This document shows positions 26,169 through 40,471 of a DNA stretch of 64,000 nt, in pieces. Source of the DNA: Octopus vulgaris (taxonomy: Eukaryota); NCBI GenBank assembly GCA_951406725.2, contig OX597815.1:207452001-207516000 (forward strand). The letters are read 5' to 3'. The position numbers and the translations under genes are program-made. Positions within the stretch are counted from its first letter, which is position 1, and the number at the start of each line of letters is the position of its first letter. The notes beneath the pieces were generated by a model that worked only from the letters and a program-made list of their open reading frames with translations, was not told where the DNA came from and searched no databases.

Positions 26169-26366
26169 TTCGTTTTCGGATTTGGTTTGCAAGATTCCTT
26201 ATAAGACTTCGTGTGTTAAAGCATATTCTGTTGTGTCTGGGGAGAGTAATTTTCTTTTTGTGCCTTATAATGTAACACACTCACCGGTAAAATTTCCACT
26301 TATTTCTTATTTTTATTTTCCTAAAATTTTCGTTGCGTCTTGCAACCTTTCCAATAGTCTTGACTC
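26169..26366 (-). mobile_element. 198-bp insertion with 16-bp TSD (possible Penelope-like terminus)
   Basis: TCTTACGCAAAAATGT at 26153-26168 and 26367-26382. The internal GTTGTGTCTGG.GAGAGT.ATT motif recurs at ~48380-48402. Confidence 0.65.
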
Positions 26367-26884
26367 TCTTACGCAAAAATGTCATTAAAAAAATTCCTTA
26401 ACTCTCTCTCTTTCTCTGACTAAAATTTTATAATAAAACTGTGATAGAAGAGAGTAGAATACTTGCAGTTCTGTGGCTGAAATAAACACTAAATTATATT
26501 GCTATTTAATTTGCGACACTTTCAGATGTGAGAGTCAGTCGAGACTTTGCTGTGGTAACAGCACTGCTTTTACTTTCCCTCACGAGCATTTCAGTTATTC
26601 CACTGAAAGGAAATGCAAAGGCCACTCTAGCAAACATATCCAAAATTAGCGCGTCTATGGCTCGTCTAACACCGAGGTAAATGAAAATTTAGATCTTGGT
26701 ATTAAGATGCATGTAAATGTGTATGTGCATGCGCGCATAGATCCATATAGCCATATATATATATATATATATATATACACTCACACACATTATGCATATA
26801 CGTTTACATACGTGAATATATACAAACGTACATGTGTATTGTATATAGACGTGTATTGCATACAGACGTGTATTGTATTAGAAT

Positions 26885-27245
26885 ATTCCGGGTTCAGACC
26901 CATTGCGTGGCACCACCTTAGGCAAGTGTCTTTTACCATCACCTCGGGCCGACCAAACCCTTGTGAGTGGAATTAATAAGCGGAAACTGAAAGAAGCCCG
27001 TCATATATATATATATGTATGTCTGTGTGTGTGTGTGTGTGTGAATATATTTGTGTGTCTGCTTTTGTACCCCCACCATCGCTTGGCAACCGATGTTAGT
27101 GTGTTTACGTCGCTGTAATCTAGCGGTTCGGCAAAAGAGACCGATAGAATAAGTACTAAGTTCTGTGATTGATTTGTTCGACTTAAGGCGGTATTCCAGC
27201 ATGGCCGCAGTCAAAATGACTGAAACAGGTAAAAGAACAAAAGAA
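26885..27245 (+). mobile_element. SINE family B
   Basis: GGGTTCAGACCCA..GCGTGGCACC...TTAGGCAAGTGTC, an internal TA/TG microsatellite, and the tail GGCGGTATTCCAGCATGGCCGCAGTC...TGAAACAGGTAAAAG. Confidence 0.85.
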
Positions 27246-28411
27246 GGAGATACATTTATGGTTTTATGCAGAAACACATGAATTCCGAAGACAACTTGAC
27301 CTTCTCTCTAATTAAAATTATGTACAATTTGTTAAATAACAGATGCCCACATTTCCAGTAGGATCGTGCAAAGTCCTGTACATATTCATATTAGAAGACA
27401 AAAAGATTATTTAGCAGATTTCACTTCATTGTAATTCTTGTAGGAGTTAAGTATACTTTAGCAATTTTATTCATTTCAAGCGCATTGAATCCAAACTACA
27501 GTGGAAAAAGCTATTCATTGGATTTGATTAAAAAGAGACGATGAGCGATGGCTAGAAGAATATTGAGCTATATTTAATAACCAGTTGATCTAGAAAGCGG
27601 GGTCTTTTATCAATGAGCAGGGGCCGGTGCGCATTGATGCAGTCGAGTGGTTGGGCCCCGAAACGACGCGCATTCTCTCCTGTTGACCCTATACACTTGC
27701 TGGCTTCCGGTATGCGGGGTTCTCGACTGGTAGCACTTGCATATGCAAGTTGTTTGCAAAATATCCAAGCAATTCTTTAATTCATCTGATTGAAATTATC
27801 GGTTTTTATTTAAAAAACCCTCAGCTTATAGTTTATTTTGATTTGAGGTTCTAATTTTGTTACTCAAGAAACTGTTAAAGGCTTATGAAGACTTAACTAT
27901 TTATTAAACTATCACAAGCAAAATAAATTGTACTGAAGTAATTGTTCCCTCGGATACCTTAACTAAACTGAAATAAAGCCTCCTCCAAGTGCTGGGTCGC
28001 GAGATTCATTATAAATACTAAATATACATATTTATAGAACCTGTGTGTACTAAAAGATTTTGTCATACTTTTGTAGATAAAATTTTGTCACACTTTCGTA
28101 TACGTCTTTATATTGCTAATTTTTATTACCTCATATCTCAGATAACCGGTTTTTCAACAAGGAACCTCTCATAATTACATATTCGCTATAACTAATAGGA
28201 ATTGATTCGTACAGATTGTTATAAGTCAGTCAATATCACGGTTGATTGGTCATCTAGAACAAAACTAAACAAATGCCTTCTTCTTTACGGTGCCTAATTC
28301 CACGCAGCTCATAATAGATGACATACAAAAATATGTTCCTTTGTACTTAAAGTACATTTATTTTTTTAATGGGGAGGGCCTGCAGAATGTTACCATTAAC
28401 GTAATAATATT

Positions 28412-28993
28412 GGTTTCAAATTTTGGCACCAGGCCAACAAGTTCTGGGTAGGGGGCAAGTCGATTGCATCGACTCCAGGGACGAAAGGTAAAGTCGACCT
28501 CGGCGGAATTTGAACTCAGAACGTATTAACAGCCGAAATTCTGCTAGGCATTTTGCCCGGCGTATTAACGATTCTTATTTCTTTATTGCCCACAAGGGGC
28601 TAAATATAGAGGGGACAAACAAAGACAGACAAAGGGATTAAGTCGATTACATCGACCCCAGTGCGTAATTGGTACTTAATTTATCGACCCCGAAAGGATG
28701 AAAGGCAAAGTCGACCTCGGCGGAATTTGAACCCAGAACGTAGCGGCAGGCGAAATACCCATTTTTTTAATACCCACAAGGGGCTAAACACAGAGAGGAC
28801 AAACAAGGACAGACAAACGGATTAAGTTGATTATATCGATCCCAGTGCGTAACTGGTACTTATTTAATCAACTCTGACAGGATGAAAGGCAAAGTCGACC
28901 TCGGCAGAATTTGAACTCAGAACGTAGCTGCAGACGAAATACCGCTAAGCATTTCGCCCGACGTGCTAACGTTTCTGCCAGCTCGTCGCCTTC
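28412..28993 (-). mobile_element. SINE family A trimer with single TSD
   Basis: Three cores. TTAACGTAATAATATT at 28396-28411 and 28995-29010. Confidence 0.85.
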
Positions 28994-31900
28994 GTTAACG
29001 TAATAATATTAATCCCAAGAATTTTCTATAATCTGATGAATGCTTACTTTCACTTTTGCGATGGTTTGATTTCTTTGAAGACGCACTTATTTCTCTCCAT
29101 TAGTATCTACATAAATTTAGTAGCGTCACTGTACAGCTATTAGAAGTCAGACTATAGCCGATACAAATAAGCGAATGTACGATCATGATCTAAACAATTT
29201 AACTCCACGTACATCAAAAAATCCTCTGTGAAAAGCATCAATACTGCACATGCTATTCCCCTCTGAAAGTCTGAGGTCCTTTGCTTTTATAAGAATATTC
29301 TAAAAATATTCTAAATACTGTTTCTAATTTAAGACTATTCGAAATTATTTATATCTTATCAGAACATTCAAGGACTGAGGTTCCATACGATCTTCTAATT
29401 CCTGCCTCTTAGCACCAGTCATGCGATACTTTTAGTTAGCAGTGAAACCAATATGTGACTCTAGTGCTTGACTAATTACTACAATAAGTCTTTCAAAAAC
29501 TTCACTGTTGGGAAGGCAGTACTTTTAACTCAAAATTGTTGATTATTTTGAGTTTTCTTGACAAGATTACTCGTACATCAGATAACAGATATCGAAGCTG
29601 TTATAAAGTTAACTACTTTAAGCTTTCACTACAATAAGATCTATAATATCGTAGCAAAATGTCTGCCTGCCATTTTCTTCTACATTTTTAGTGGAAATTC
29701 TTCATCAAAAACATTCATAATTAATACAGAATTTAATTAACTGTTGACATAATTAGAACAATCTAATAAATTTGCGTTGTAAGCTATAATAGTTGTTTTG
29801 GATATTTTTTTTTTACTTCTTTATATTATTTTAGAATGTTTTTGTTTCTTTAAACCTAATGAAAGTTTGGTAACTTTTCGTGCATGCATTAACCTCCCTC
29901 AAAAACTCCTTCCGTTTTCCGCAGTTTCAAATGACTTGTGTAATAATATCTTCAAGGTTTTGATCCATTTCTCAGGGACATGCATTATTATTATTGTGGG
30001 AATAATTATACGCAAAACTTCACACGTTTACCAACACGCATACATTATATGTGGATGTGGATGACAAACAGATGCGTGGGTGACAGACAGATAGAGAAAA
30101 CAAGTATTTTTTACAATATAAAGAAACAACCCATAAACATATTTTTGTTAGCTAAGATAAAGACCTGTGCCATAATATTCGCAGGCCAACCCAGTCAGGT
30201 AAGGCTGATAAACTTGATGTTCAGTTTGAAATTCTGTAGATCATTATGAAGGATTGTAGTTTCATGGAGAAATTGTGAAGTTCGAGCTTCGGGGGTGGAG
30301 GATACAGCATTTTTTCTCTTTAGTATTTAGTCATGGAGGTGAAGGGAATTCCTCTGACTCCTTCCTTTTCAGATTCTGACATTGGTTAGAGGAAGAGCAG
30401 AGGTTATCGACAAACCAGGGACCTAGTCCGAATACATGCAACAGGGTGAATTCTGATCAAGGTACCCAAGAACAAATTATAGTCTTAAACCAGAGAATAC
30501 GGGTAGAATGATCACACCACGGACGCCGTTGATGATTGCTCTGTTTAATCAGAATTGTTTTGAGGCTTAAACAAGAACAATTCAGGACTTTCTGGTTCAT
30601 TGACCTGCATTAACTGAAGTGTATTCTAACCGAAACTTGCCAATAACCCAGCAAAACTACGTCTTACATAATCTCAGGAAGGACTACATTTAATTGCGCA
30701 CCTTTCTTTATTCCGTAAGTAAAAGTTGTGCTCTGGGAAAGTAGCCATTTAATATTTTGGTGGTATTCAGCTAAAAGTACAGAAGCCATTTTAGATAGAA
30801 AAAACTATTGTGAACCAGCTGATTAGTTGTGACTTGTTAAATAATAGTTGCCCACCGGCCGGATCGCTTTTTTTTTGTATGCGATTCCCCAATACATGTG
30901 TGAGGGTACGTGTGTATGTTTGGCAGCTTCTCAATTCCATATCACTAAGCATTATTATAGTATGCATAGTCGATATGTCTGAGAGATGATCAAATATAAA
31001 GTATTTAATGGATCGTTGGAATCTACTTTTCGCAATTATGTTTTGACACAAAAATACATTAAAAGTTATAAGGGTACATAGATACAGGCACACGTATATA
31101 TGTATAAATATGAGAGAGGGAGAGAGAGATCGAGAGATTTGTATGTATAGTATGTGTATAATGTAATATATACATCTGTGTGTATGTATGTATGTATGTG
31201 TGTATGTATGTATGTATGTATGTATGTATGTATGTATGTATGTATGTATGTATGTATGTATGTGTGTATATATATATATATATAGTTCTGTGTGTGTAAT
31301 GTATGTGTATGATGCAGTGTATAAGTACATCCATATACGTGTTTATATGTGCGTGTGTGTATGTTGTGAGTGTGTGTGCGTGTATGTAGTGTATCTGTGC
31401 TTGTGTGCTAGAGCTTCTTGGTCGCAATTTAAGAGAATTTTTTTTTAAATTCTACACCACTAATGTACTAGCAATACCAAAACAATTTTAATTGACAGCA
31501 TATATGAATTACATAAATGAAACTTAAACCACAATTTCCCTTCATGTCTTTACAACAGAAAACAGATTTAGAAATTCATTAAGGCGATGCTCTAATTACC
31601 ACTGCTGCATTGGATTAAAAAAGAGCAAAATATAAATTTCAAAAAGCAGCTTACGCCTAAATACATAACATCAGTTTTTGTTATTTCGAATGAACATTTA
31701 TTCTTCAACTAGCAATCTCGTCATTGACAAGTTCTTGAAACGGGAGACTGGAATATCAAATTATTTACTTAGATATCAAACCAGTTTTCTAGAATACCAA
31801 CTGAGACATATAGAATGCTAGGGAAAAGTCCAAATTTTTATGCAATGAAATGAAGTATCCATTTCGATGGAGATACAGAGTATTCCTGGCATGGAATTGG

Positions 31901-33067
31901 GAAGACTATAGCTTAAATGAGTACTTAGTACGTGGTAGATATTCATTTGTTAGCGTAAGGTCCTATTTAGTGCTCAGTTCTTTTCAGAAGATCCAGTAAT
32001 AATGTCTTGACTTACGCCAATATGAGCAAATAACTTATGGGGTTTCTGTATACATGTACAGAATACACTTGGTAAGTGACTGTAACCGGAGCTACATATT
32101 ATAGCTAGTGTGTGCTTATATGTATATTTAGTCAACATATTTGACTCTACTTTGAGTAGTGAGTTTTTTCCACTAGTAAATGCCTTGTAGCTTTTTTCTT
32201 AATTTTGCTTTAAGATAATAACCTCAAGTAAACGTCCGTGTGTGTGTATGCGCGCTCGTGTGTGTAAGTACGCGACGAGTTTCCATTAAAGTCTAGTAGA
32301 AGACACTTGCCTAAGATTCTACACAATGTTTCCGCATTCGAAACTACGTGATTATGGAGCAAACTTTTTAACCTCACAACCATGTTCCTACATTGAAAGT
32401 TATATTATATTCATTTCCCGAGTACCACATATTGCATTTTGGTCAATGAAAGAAATAAATATTTTACTATTCTAATTATAGATCTCTATGAGGTTATCTT
32501 TAAATGTCATCTATTTTCCGTATCGATATTTTAATCGATAATAATGTAACGCGTTCGTTTTTAGCGACTTTAACTCTTCACCTGAACAAAATGGTATTTT
32601 GCCTTGAAAAGTAATTCATATTTTTAATGTGTCTGTTACGACAGAAATTTCTTTGCAGTTATTTACATACCTATAGTTTGTTTCCCATATTTCTGCCTTC
32701 AGTTTTTCGTATCAATTATTGCTTCAGAAAACTATATTTCTATTAATCATGTAGGAAAGGTTATATATAATTCATACTTGGACTTCGTTTTTTTTCCCAC
32801 CTTTTATTATACTCTCTTCACCTCGATGCAATAAAATATATAAATGGTCGCATAAATTTTAGATATTACTTTGGAGTTACTTTTCTAAAACTGTCTGCAA
32901 CAATTCTCGGTAAACTAATTTTACCAAATTTCAGACTGACGACCGATACATCACGTTATCAATCAATGAGTCTGCAACCAATGAACCAAACATTATTTTC
33001 CCCATTCAAACGAATAATCAAACATACGTCCGCGCACGAGAAGCGATTCACCATAAGGTATCAATGA

Positions 33068-33300
33068 AAGGCGGCGAGCTGGCAGAAACGATAGCACGCC
33101 GGGCGAAATGCATAGCGGTATTTCGTCTGTCGTTACGTTGTGAGTTCAAATTCCGGCGAGGTCGACTTTGCCTTTCATCCTTTCGGGGTCGATAAATTAA
33201 GTACCAGTTACGCACTGGGGTCGTTGTAACCGACTTAATACCTATGTCTGTCCTTGTTTGTCCCCTCTGTGTTTAGCCCCTTGTGGGGTAATAAAGAAAT
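33068..33300 (+). mobile_element. Full-length SINE family A monomer (short tail)
   Basis: AAGGCGGCGAGCTGGCAGAAACG...AATAAAGAAAT, with AGGTATCAATGAA as a TSD on both sides. Confidence 0.9.
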
Positions 33301-33456
33301 AGGTATCAATGAATACACATACACACACGCACAAACACGGCTCGTTTCTCAGGGCAGATCGATAGCTTGAGTGGGACAAGGGATTAGCAGATTGAATGAT
33401 GGACAGAAAGTAACACGGATGGATTTGCAGTCAGATGGTTTGACTACGAATTGGAT

Positions 33457-34067
33457 TTACTCTTTTACTCTTTTACTTGTTTCAGTCATCAGACTGCGGC
33501 CATGCTGGAGCACCACCTTTTAGTACTTATTCTATCGGTCTCTTTTTGCCGAACCGCTAAGTGACGGGGACGTAAACACACCAGTATCGGTTGTCAAGCA
33601 ATGCTAGGGGGACAAACACAGACACACAAACACACACACATATACATATATATATATATATATATGCGACAGGCTTCTTTCAGTTTCCGTCTACCAAATC
33701 CACTCACAAGGCATTGGTCGGCCCGGAGCTATAGCAGAAGACACTTGCCCAAGATGCCACGCAGTGGGACTGAACCCGCAACCGTGTGGTTGGTTAACAA
33801 GCTACTTACCACACAGCCACTCCTGCGCCTATACTTATTTTATAGTCTTTTACTCTTTTACTTGTTTCAGTCATTTGACTGTGGCCATGCTGGAGCACCG
33901 CCTTTAGTCGAGCAAATATACCGCAGGACTTATTCTTTGTAAGCCTAGTACTTATTCCATCGGTCTCTTTTTGCCGAATTGCTAAGTTACGGGGACATAA
34001 ACACACCAGCATCGGTTGTCAAGCGACGTTGGGGGGACAAACACAGACACAAACATATACACACACG

Positions 34068-34099
<32 letters not shown>

Positions 34100-34240
34100 T
34101 ACGATATATACGTGTGTGTGTGTGTTTGTGTGTCTGTGTTTGTCCCCCTAGCATTGCTTGACAACCGATGCTGGTGTGTTTACATCCCCGTCACTTAGCG
34201 GTTCGGCAAAAGAGACCGATAGAATAAGTACTGGGCTTCC
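33457..34240. mobile_element. SINE family B cluster: one full minus copy, one partial minus copy and an inverted plus half
   Basis: Minus copies at 33457-33830 and 33845-34100. A plus-strand half at ~34110-34240 forms a palindrome with the second copy. Confidence 0.85.
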
Positions 34241-34479
34241 CGAGACAAAAAGGATGCCAACAATTATTGATAACCTTAACGACATATAAGCCCACCTCCA
34301 CTTCCAGGCTAAAGAAAACCCCTCCCTATAGTTACCAGCATCCCTATTACCCTAGCTATACCCATTATCGTTATCTAAAACCACATCTGTCTTCTCCACT
34401 AACAACTTACGGCCATAAATACCTCTTCTCATTACCACTATTAACATGGCACCCAACTACATAATCTACAGCAACACCT

Positions 34480-34790
34480 CCACTCTCACCATCATCATCA
34501 TCATTGCTATCATCGCCATGACTATCAGCACCATTTGTACAAATTTCTATCACCACCATTATCATCGTCATCATCATCATCATGCCTATCAACCGCTAAC
34601 ATTCTCAAAGTCGCTGCTGCCACCATCATCATAAACATTACTACCAACACCACCGTTACCACCTTCATCACTACCACCACTATCTTTATCATCATTATCA
34701 TCTCTACTACTGCCATCATCGTCAACATCTCGCAACTCTTTTGCACTTTAACACCGCCACCGTTTACACCACCATCACCTCTACATGCAA
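34480..34790. repeat. Degenerate (CAT/CAC)n low-complexity tract
   Basis: Trinucleotide-derived sequence that explains the Ile/Thr/His-rich ORFs here. Confidence 0.8.
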
Positions 34791-34918
34791 TCACTACGGA
34801 AGGTGCCATTTCACCACATAATACGTTGCAGCAATCTTCTATCTATATTTTCACCCTATTACCTGCAGTCTGTCTACCCTTCTCTCTCTCTCTCTCTTTC
34901 TCCCTCTCTCTCTATATA

Positions 34919-34968
<50 letters not shown>

Positions 34969-35226
34969 CATATTGTTACTATTATGTTAAACTGTCGCAT
35001 GTCCAAATTTAGCCAAATGCGGAGGTTTTTTTCAATATTTATGTTTTCTTGCGGTAGCCGGTTCTGTTGGTCAAACTATCTTATTTCCAGCAGCTCCAGA
35101 TGCCAAGATATCAAAAATTGTCAAAGTGTATTACAAGGGTTTCACTACGGAAAAGTAAAACTATTTTATCGTTTTCTGAATAAAGCAACATTTTCGACTT
35201 ACGACACTTTTGCATAATAGCAATGA
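34969..35226. mobile_element. MITE-like element in a TA tract
   Basis: Left ATTGTTACTATTATGTTAAACTGTCGCATGTC versus the reverse complement of the right end, CATTGCTATTATGCAAAAGTGTCGTAAGTC (imperfect TIR). Confidence 0.45.
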
Positions 35227-35254
35227 TATATACAAATATACATATATAAATAAA

Positions 35255-36190
35255 ATTCTTTATTGCCCACAACGGGCTCAACATAGAGGGGACAAGCAAG
35301 GACAGACAAGGGGATTAAGTCGATTACATCGATCCCTAGTGCGTAAGTGGCACTTATTTAATCGACCACGAAACGGTGAAAGGTAAAGTCAAACTCGGCG
35401 GAATTTGAACTCAGAATGTAATGGCGGACGAAATACCACTAACATTTCGCCCGGCATGCTAATGTTTCTCCAAGCTCGCCTTAGTTATACATACACACTC
35501 ACGCATATGTGTGCGTGTGCGTGCGTGCGTGTGTGCGTGTGTGTGTGCGTGCGTGTGTGTGTGTGTTTGTGCATCTGTGTTTGTCCTCCCAACATCGCTT
35601 GACAAACGATGATGGTTTGCGTCCCCGTAACTTAGCTGTTTGGCAAAAGGAACCGATAGAATAAGTACTGAGTTTACAAAGAATAAGTCTATTTCTCTCC
35701 CTCTCTCTCTCCCTCTCTCCCTCCTCCCTCTCTCTCTCTCCCTCTCTCCCTCCTCCCTCTCTCTCTTTACTCTTTTACTCTTTTACTTGTTTCAGTCGTT
35801 TGACTGCGGCCATGCTGGAGCACCGCCTTTAATCGAGCAACTCAACCCCGGAACTTATTCTTTTTGTAAGCCCAGTACTTATTCTATCGGTCTCTTTTGC
35901 CGAACCGCTAAGTAACGGGGACATAAACACACCAGCATCGGTTGTCAAGCAATGCTAGGGGGACAAACACAGACACACAAACAAACACACATGCATATAT
36001 ATATACATATATACGACAGGCTTCTTTCAGTTTCTGTCTACCAAATCCACTCACAAGGCATTGGTCGGCCCGGGGCTATAGCAGAAGACACTTGCCCAAG
36101 ATGCCACGCAGTGGGACTGAACCCGGTACCATGTGGTTGGTTAGCAAGCTACTTACCACACAGCCACTCCTGAGCCACTCCTACTTACCA
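35255..36190. mobile_element. SINE A (-, 35255-35484), SINE B half (+, ~35515-35690) and SINE B (-, 35765-36190)
   Basis: Direct matches to the family A and B consensus sequences seen elsewhere in the window. Confidence 0.85.
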
Positions 36191-36201
36191 CACAACCACT
36201 C

Positions 36202-36269
<68 letters not shown>

Positions 36270-36271
36270 TA

Positions 36272-37256
36272 CTAGCATTATGACCCGTCGTTGCCGGGTC
36301 AAAGTGCTAGTGCATGTATATATGTGTACATATTACATGTACATCTATATATATACATCTACACATAAAATACAAAATACAGTTATATCTTGATGTTGCT
36401 AGTGATAACAATACTCAAAATATATAACAGACTGGAATTGTAAGCCCGTCTCTTGCAATTTCGATTGTATCTTGTCCTCCCTCTTGTATAGAAGTGTGGC
36501 TACAATCCAGCCTACCTCAACATCTGGGCGGGGGGCATTTTTAATTTTTATCCGGCACGTCCTGCGCCCCAGATATAAAGGTAAAAATAAAATATTTCCA
36601 CTTTGCAAGTTCGAGTCGAGTACTCCCTTGCACGCTCCGTTGAATCGAACCTTGCTTCTATTGTGGCGAATTTACCGCCTCTGGTTAGATATCTTTCATA
36701 GTCGCACCAAGATACTTTTCGAAGGCGCTTTTTTCTCTACATTGTATACTTTATAGACAATAGTCTTTTCTTTAATTTAATTTTTTATTATTCATCTGGA
36801 CTATTCCATTTCTGCACGCTAATTTTATTTTTAATTTATTCCCATTCATGTGAAACCACTTGTTCAAGTCATTGATGCAATTTTATGCCAATTGCTATTT
36901 TTACTTTTGTTATGTAACGATTATATTATACTTTAGTTTAATTTTAATTATTACTTACTATATATAATTCAATTGTTATTATTACTTTTATTGTTAAAGT
37001 GAAAGTATCTGACATAAAATAGAGAAATGTTTTTGTTTCACTTTTAACACGTAATACTGAAATAGTGGAGAAGATATGATATTGCTATGGGCTCGCTCTA
37101 GGCAAGAAGTTGAACATTTTTTGCCCATGAAACTACATGGCCCCTAAGTAAGGCATGTGTAAAATTTGAATGGAATTGGTTGTATGGTTCTCAAGTTTTA
37201 GGGAAACACACAGACAGACAGACAGACACACATTCTCAGTTTTAAATATATAGAGA
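36272..37256 (-). mobile_element. Non-autonomous Helitron, family H2 (~985 bp)
   Basis: Minus strand 5'-TCTCTATATATTTAAAACTGAGAATGTGTGTCTGTCTG...; 3' hairpin GACCCGGCAACGACGGGTC followed by ATAATGCTAG|T; A|T insertion site. Confidence 0.8.
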
Positions 37257-37510
37257 TAAACAAACTTTATATATATATATATATATATATTGTTATATTT
37301 CGGAATGGTCATATTGCCATTTTAGCCAATAAAAACACACGCACTATATATTTGGTGTTATTTTGCTTCAGTGTTATTTATTTTTTACATTAATCTTAAT
37401 CTTATTTCGGCCAGAGTTCTTTCGTCACACTCCTGTGACCGCATCAGTGGTCCTTTGTTTTCTTCTTTCTTATTTGTGTCTCTCCTTACTAACCGTCAGC
37501 TGACGATGAC

Positions 37511-37664
37511 GCGCCAGTTCATCGCAGCGTTACTCATTTTTGCCGGCTGAGTGGACTGGAGCAACGTGAAATGAAGAACACAACGCGTCGCCCGGTCCAG
37601 GAATCGAAACCACAATCTTACGACCATGGTGCTGACACCCTAACGACTAAGCCACACGCGCCTC

Positions 37665-37667
<3 letters not shown>
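37511..37667 (-). mobile_element. SINE family C (body Y), truncated
   Basis: Same head and body as the copy at 19428-19653. Confidence 0.8.
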
Positions 37668-37746
<79 letters not shown>

Positions 37747-40374
37747 ATACACATGCGCATACATTATCACTTTCGTACATATATTGAAAGAAGCTAATCC
37801 AAACATATTCGACTTCCCATATATTTATATTCTATAAAACAGCACTTTACTTGTTTCTAGATGAAATTTTAAAAAATAACGTTAAATTGCATTTGTTTAT
37901 TTTACCAAATTGCTTTAGGTTTCATCTCTAAAGAAACATTATGGAGTGGTTAGCTTGTTATCTTGTTTTTAAAATTAGCAGATTGAAACGTGATTTTGAA
38001 AACACCGAGAGTTTTCTGAAGTCCTCCCCCGCACCCCCATAATGTGTCTTTATTTCCATTTAACATTAAACTCTTCATTTTCATAACTATGAAGAACATA
38101 ACTTCGCGAGGTTCTTAGAACGACTTATATCGCGTCCGCGTAAAAGTACAGACTGCTCAAAGTCATAACGATATCAGTGTGAGCGATATCTGCGCGTGCG
38201 CATTCGTGTGTGTGTGTGTGTGTTTGTGTGTGAGTGTGAGTGTGTGTGCTTGTGTGTGTGTGTGTGTGCGTTTTGAGGGGGCCCCCAAGTAATATAGCAT
38301 TATCTTAAGTAACACAGTATTCAATCCTTAATAAGCGGTTAAGTGAAAACACTGCCTTGTAAATTTACCCAACGTCAGCAATTGTTTTACATTTATTTTA
38401 GTTAAAAATGCAACAAGGATGCACATACTGAAGCACATACGTACACATGCATACCTACTGATCAACGTATATATACATACATAACGCGGGATCATATTCC
38501 GTCACGTCAGCATATGGGAACTATTCATGTTTCGTGTAATAAATACGATCCCCTAAATCTTCTGTCATTTAATACAAGTCTGGTAAAGAAAAAAAATAAT
38601 AGTTATCTTCGGATAAATGCAAAGAAGCGTCTTCTTAGAGATGATTATAGTAATAAGCAGGCTGTGAAACTGACTTGAAATTTAACACGTGGATTTCAAC
38701 TACATTACACTAAGGCAATGTATGAAAGTAGACTTAGTATAATAGGTTGTGGAATTATCTAGAGAATTCCAGGAGACTTTCGAGTTGAATCAGCATCTGT
38801 CTACGAAAAGGGTGGGGGAAAATACCTCCATAGAGAGCTAGTAGAGTTTAAATATCAGAGATACTCGGGTTGCAGGGCGAAACGGTTACGCCAGTAAGCC
38901 TCGTTCTTTGAGGGATAATATGATGCACTTTCTAGTATAATCAACCTTGAAAACTGAACGGGAAATGGATGTGAACAGATCAGGATTTTCTGCCCACCAC
39001 CCGCCAAAATGGAAAGAATATTGTCTAGAGTCATTTAGAGTGGAATCTGGAGTGTACACAGAGAGCAAAATCGCAATGCAATGAGGTTAAGTGAGCTACT
39101 GAGTGAGTGTTATGCGAGACCCTTCAAAACATCACCAAAGGAAATTTTCCGATAATCTGTTATTGGTATAGAAATCTCACGTTCTACAGGGAAGTACTCG
39201 TCGACCTGTTAAAAAAAAAAAAAAAAAACGTTGAATTTTATTTTAAGTGAACCAGTTAGCAGTTGTTCAGCTTACGTATCTAAGAAGCAGGAGACACACT
39301 AAGACCTTGTATAATTTTTAAAGTTAAACTATGCACAGATTACTTGAATGCATTTTTCCGGGATCAAAACAAACGTGGTGACTAATGAGAAAGATAATAA
39401 ATGAATAAATGTGGAGTTGTGTTGAAGAGATCCTCCTCAGCATTGCTGACCAGAACGAAGGGAGCTCTTCTAACTATATGACCAACTTATAAGGCGTTTG
39501 ACTCTGTCATACCATTAAGAGACCGACAACATGGTCCTTAGAGCTGTAGATGTTATTAAAATCAAAAACAGCATTAGGGTAGCTTGTCTGTGATACCTTT
39601 CATCTTAGCAGTGAACCCCTTTTTAGCATTGTGAGGATAAACAAAATATACATGTTAGAAACCCTAGAGGAGAGAAAAATTAATACCCCCACACCCTTTC
39701 CGACGATGACTTTAGTCAAGTAATATTCTAAACGCCAGGCATAACTGGTCACAGCAATCACACGGAATATAAGAATGGAGTGTAGTAAAGATAAATATTT
39801 ATATTTGGTAGTCAATCGAGGAAACGATGATAAATGATCGGCCTATTTCCCAAGTTCTCGAAGAATAAAGATATATGTATTTTGGGACTGTCAGATATGT
39901 GTTGGAGCTGTGCACAAAGCTAGTGAGAAATATTTCCGTAGATTAAGGAAGATATCAATAACGGAATGATGAAATGTGGGCAGCGCATTCAAAGCGACAT
40001 CCGACAGTTTGACCGGTCAAAGTGACCCAAGATGATATAGTGAGTTAAGGCACGTGACTTACTGGTTAGGGTATTCGGCTCACAATTTCCACTCACCTGG
40101 CAAATATGAGTTGTACCAATAATTTAAAGGGCCAGACTTATCACATTCTGTGAGAATTTCGTTATAGGTGTACGTGTCTGTAGGCTGTTTCAACTCGAAC
40201 ATTTGCCGTCATAACCGACAGGGAGCCAGACCTACATACAGGGCACAGACAGACACACACCAACTTCCCCGAACACATTTAAAAAACTGGAACTGTTTTT
40301 AAACAAAAAAAAAAATAACTGACCATTTTTTAATAACTAGATTCATTTCCGTGAAGAATTTCAAAATTTTCCTA

Positions 40375-40471
<97 letters not shown>

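Noticed and set aside
27618-27760. GC-rich patch starting CAGGGGCCGG (hAT-like end)
   Set aside because: No matching second TIR or TSD could be found with confidence.
34407-34990. His/Ser/Thr-rich ORFs of up to 151 aa
   Set aside because: A degenerate (CAT/CAC)n repeat that is open in several frames on both strands.
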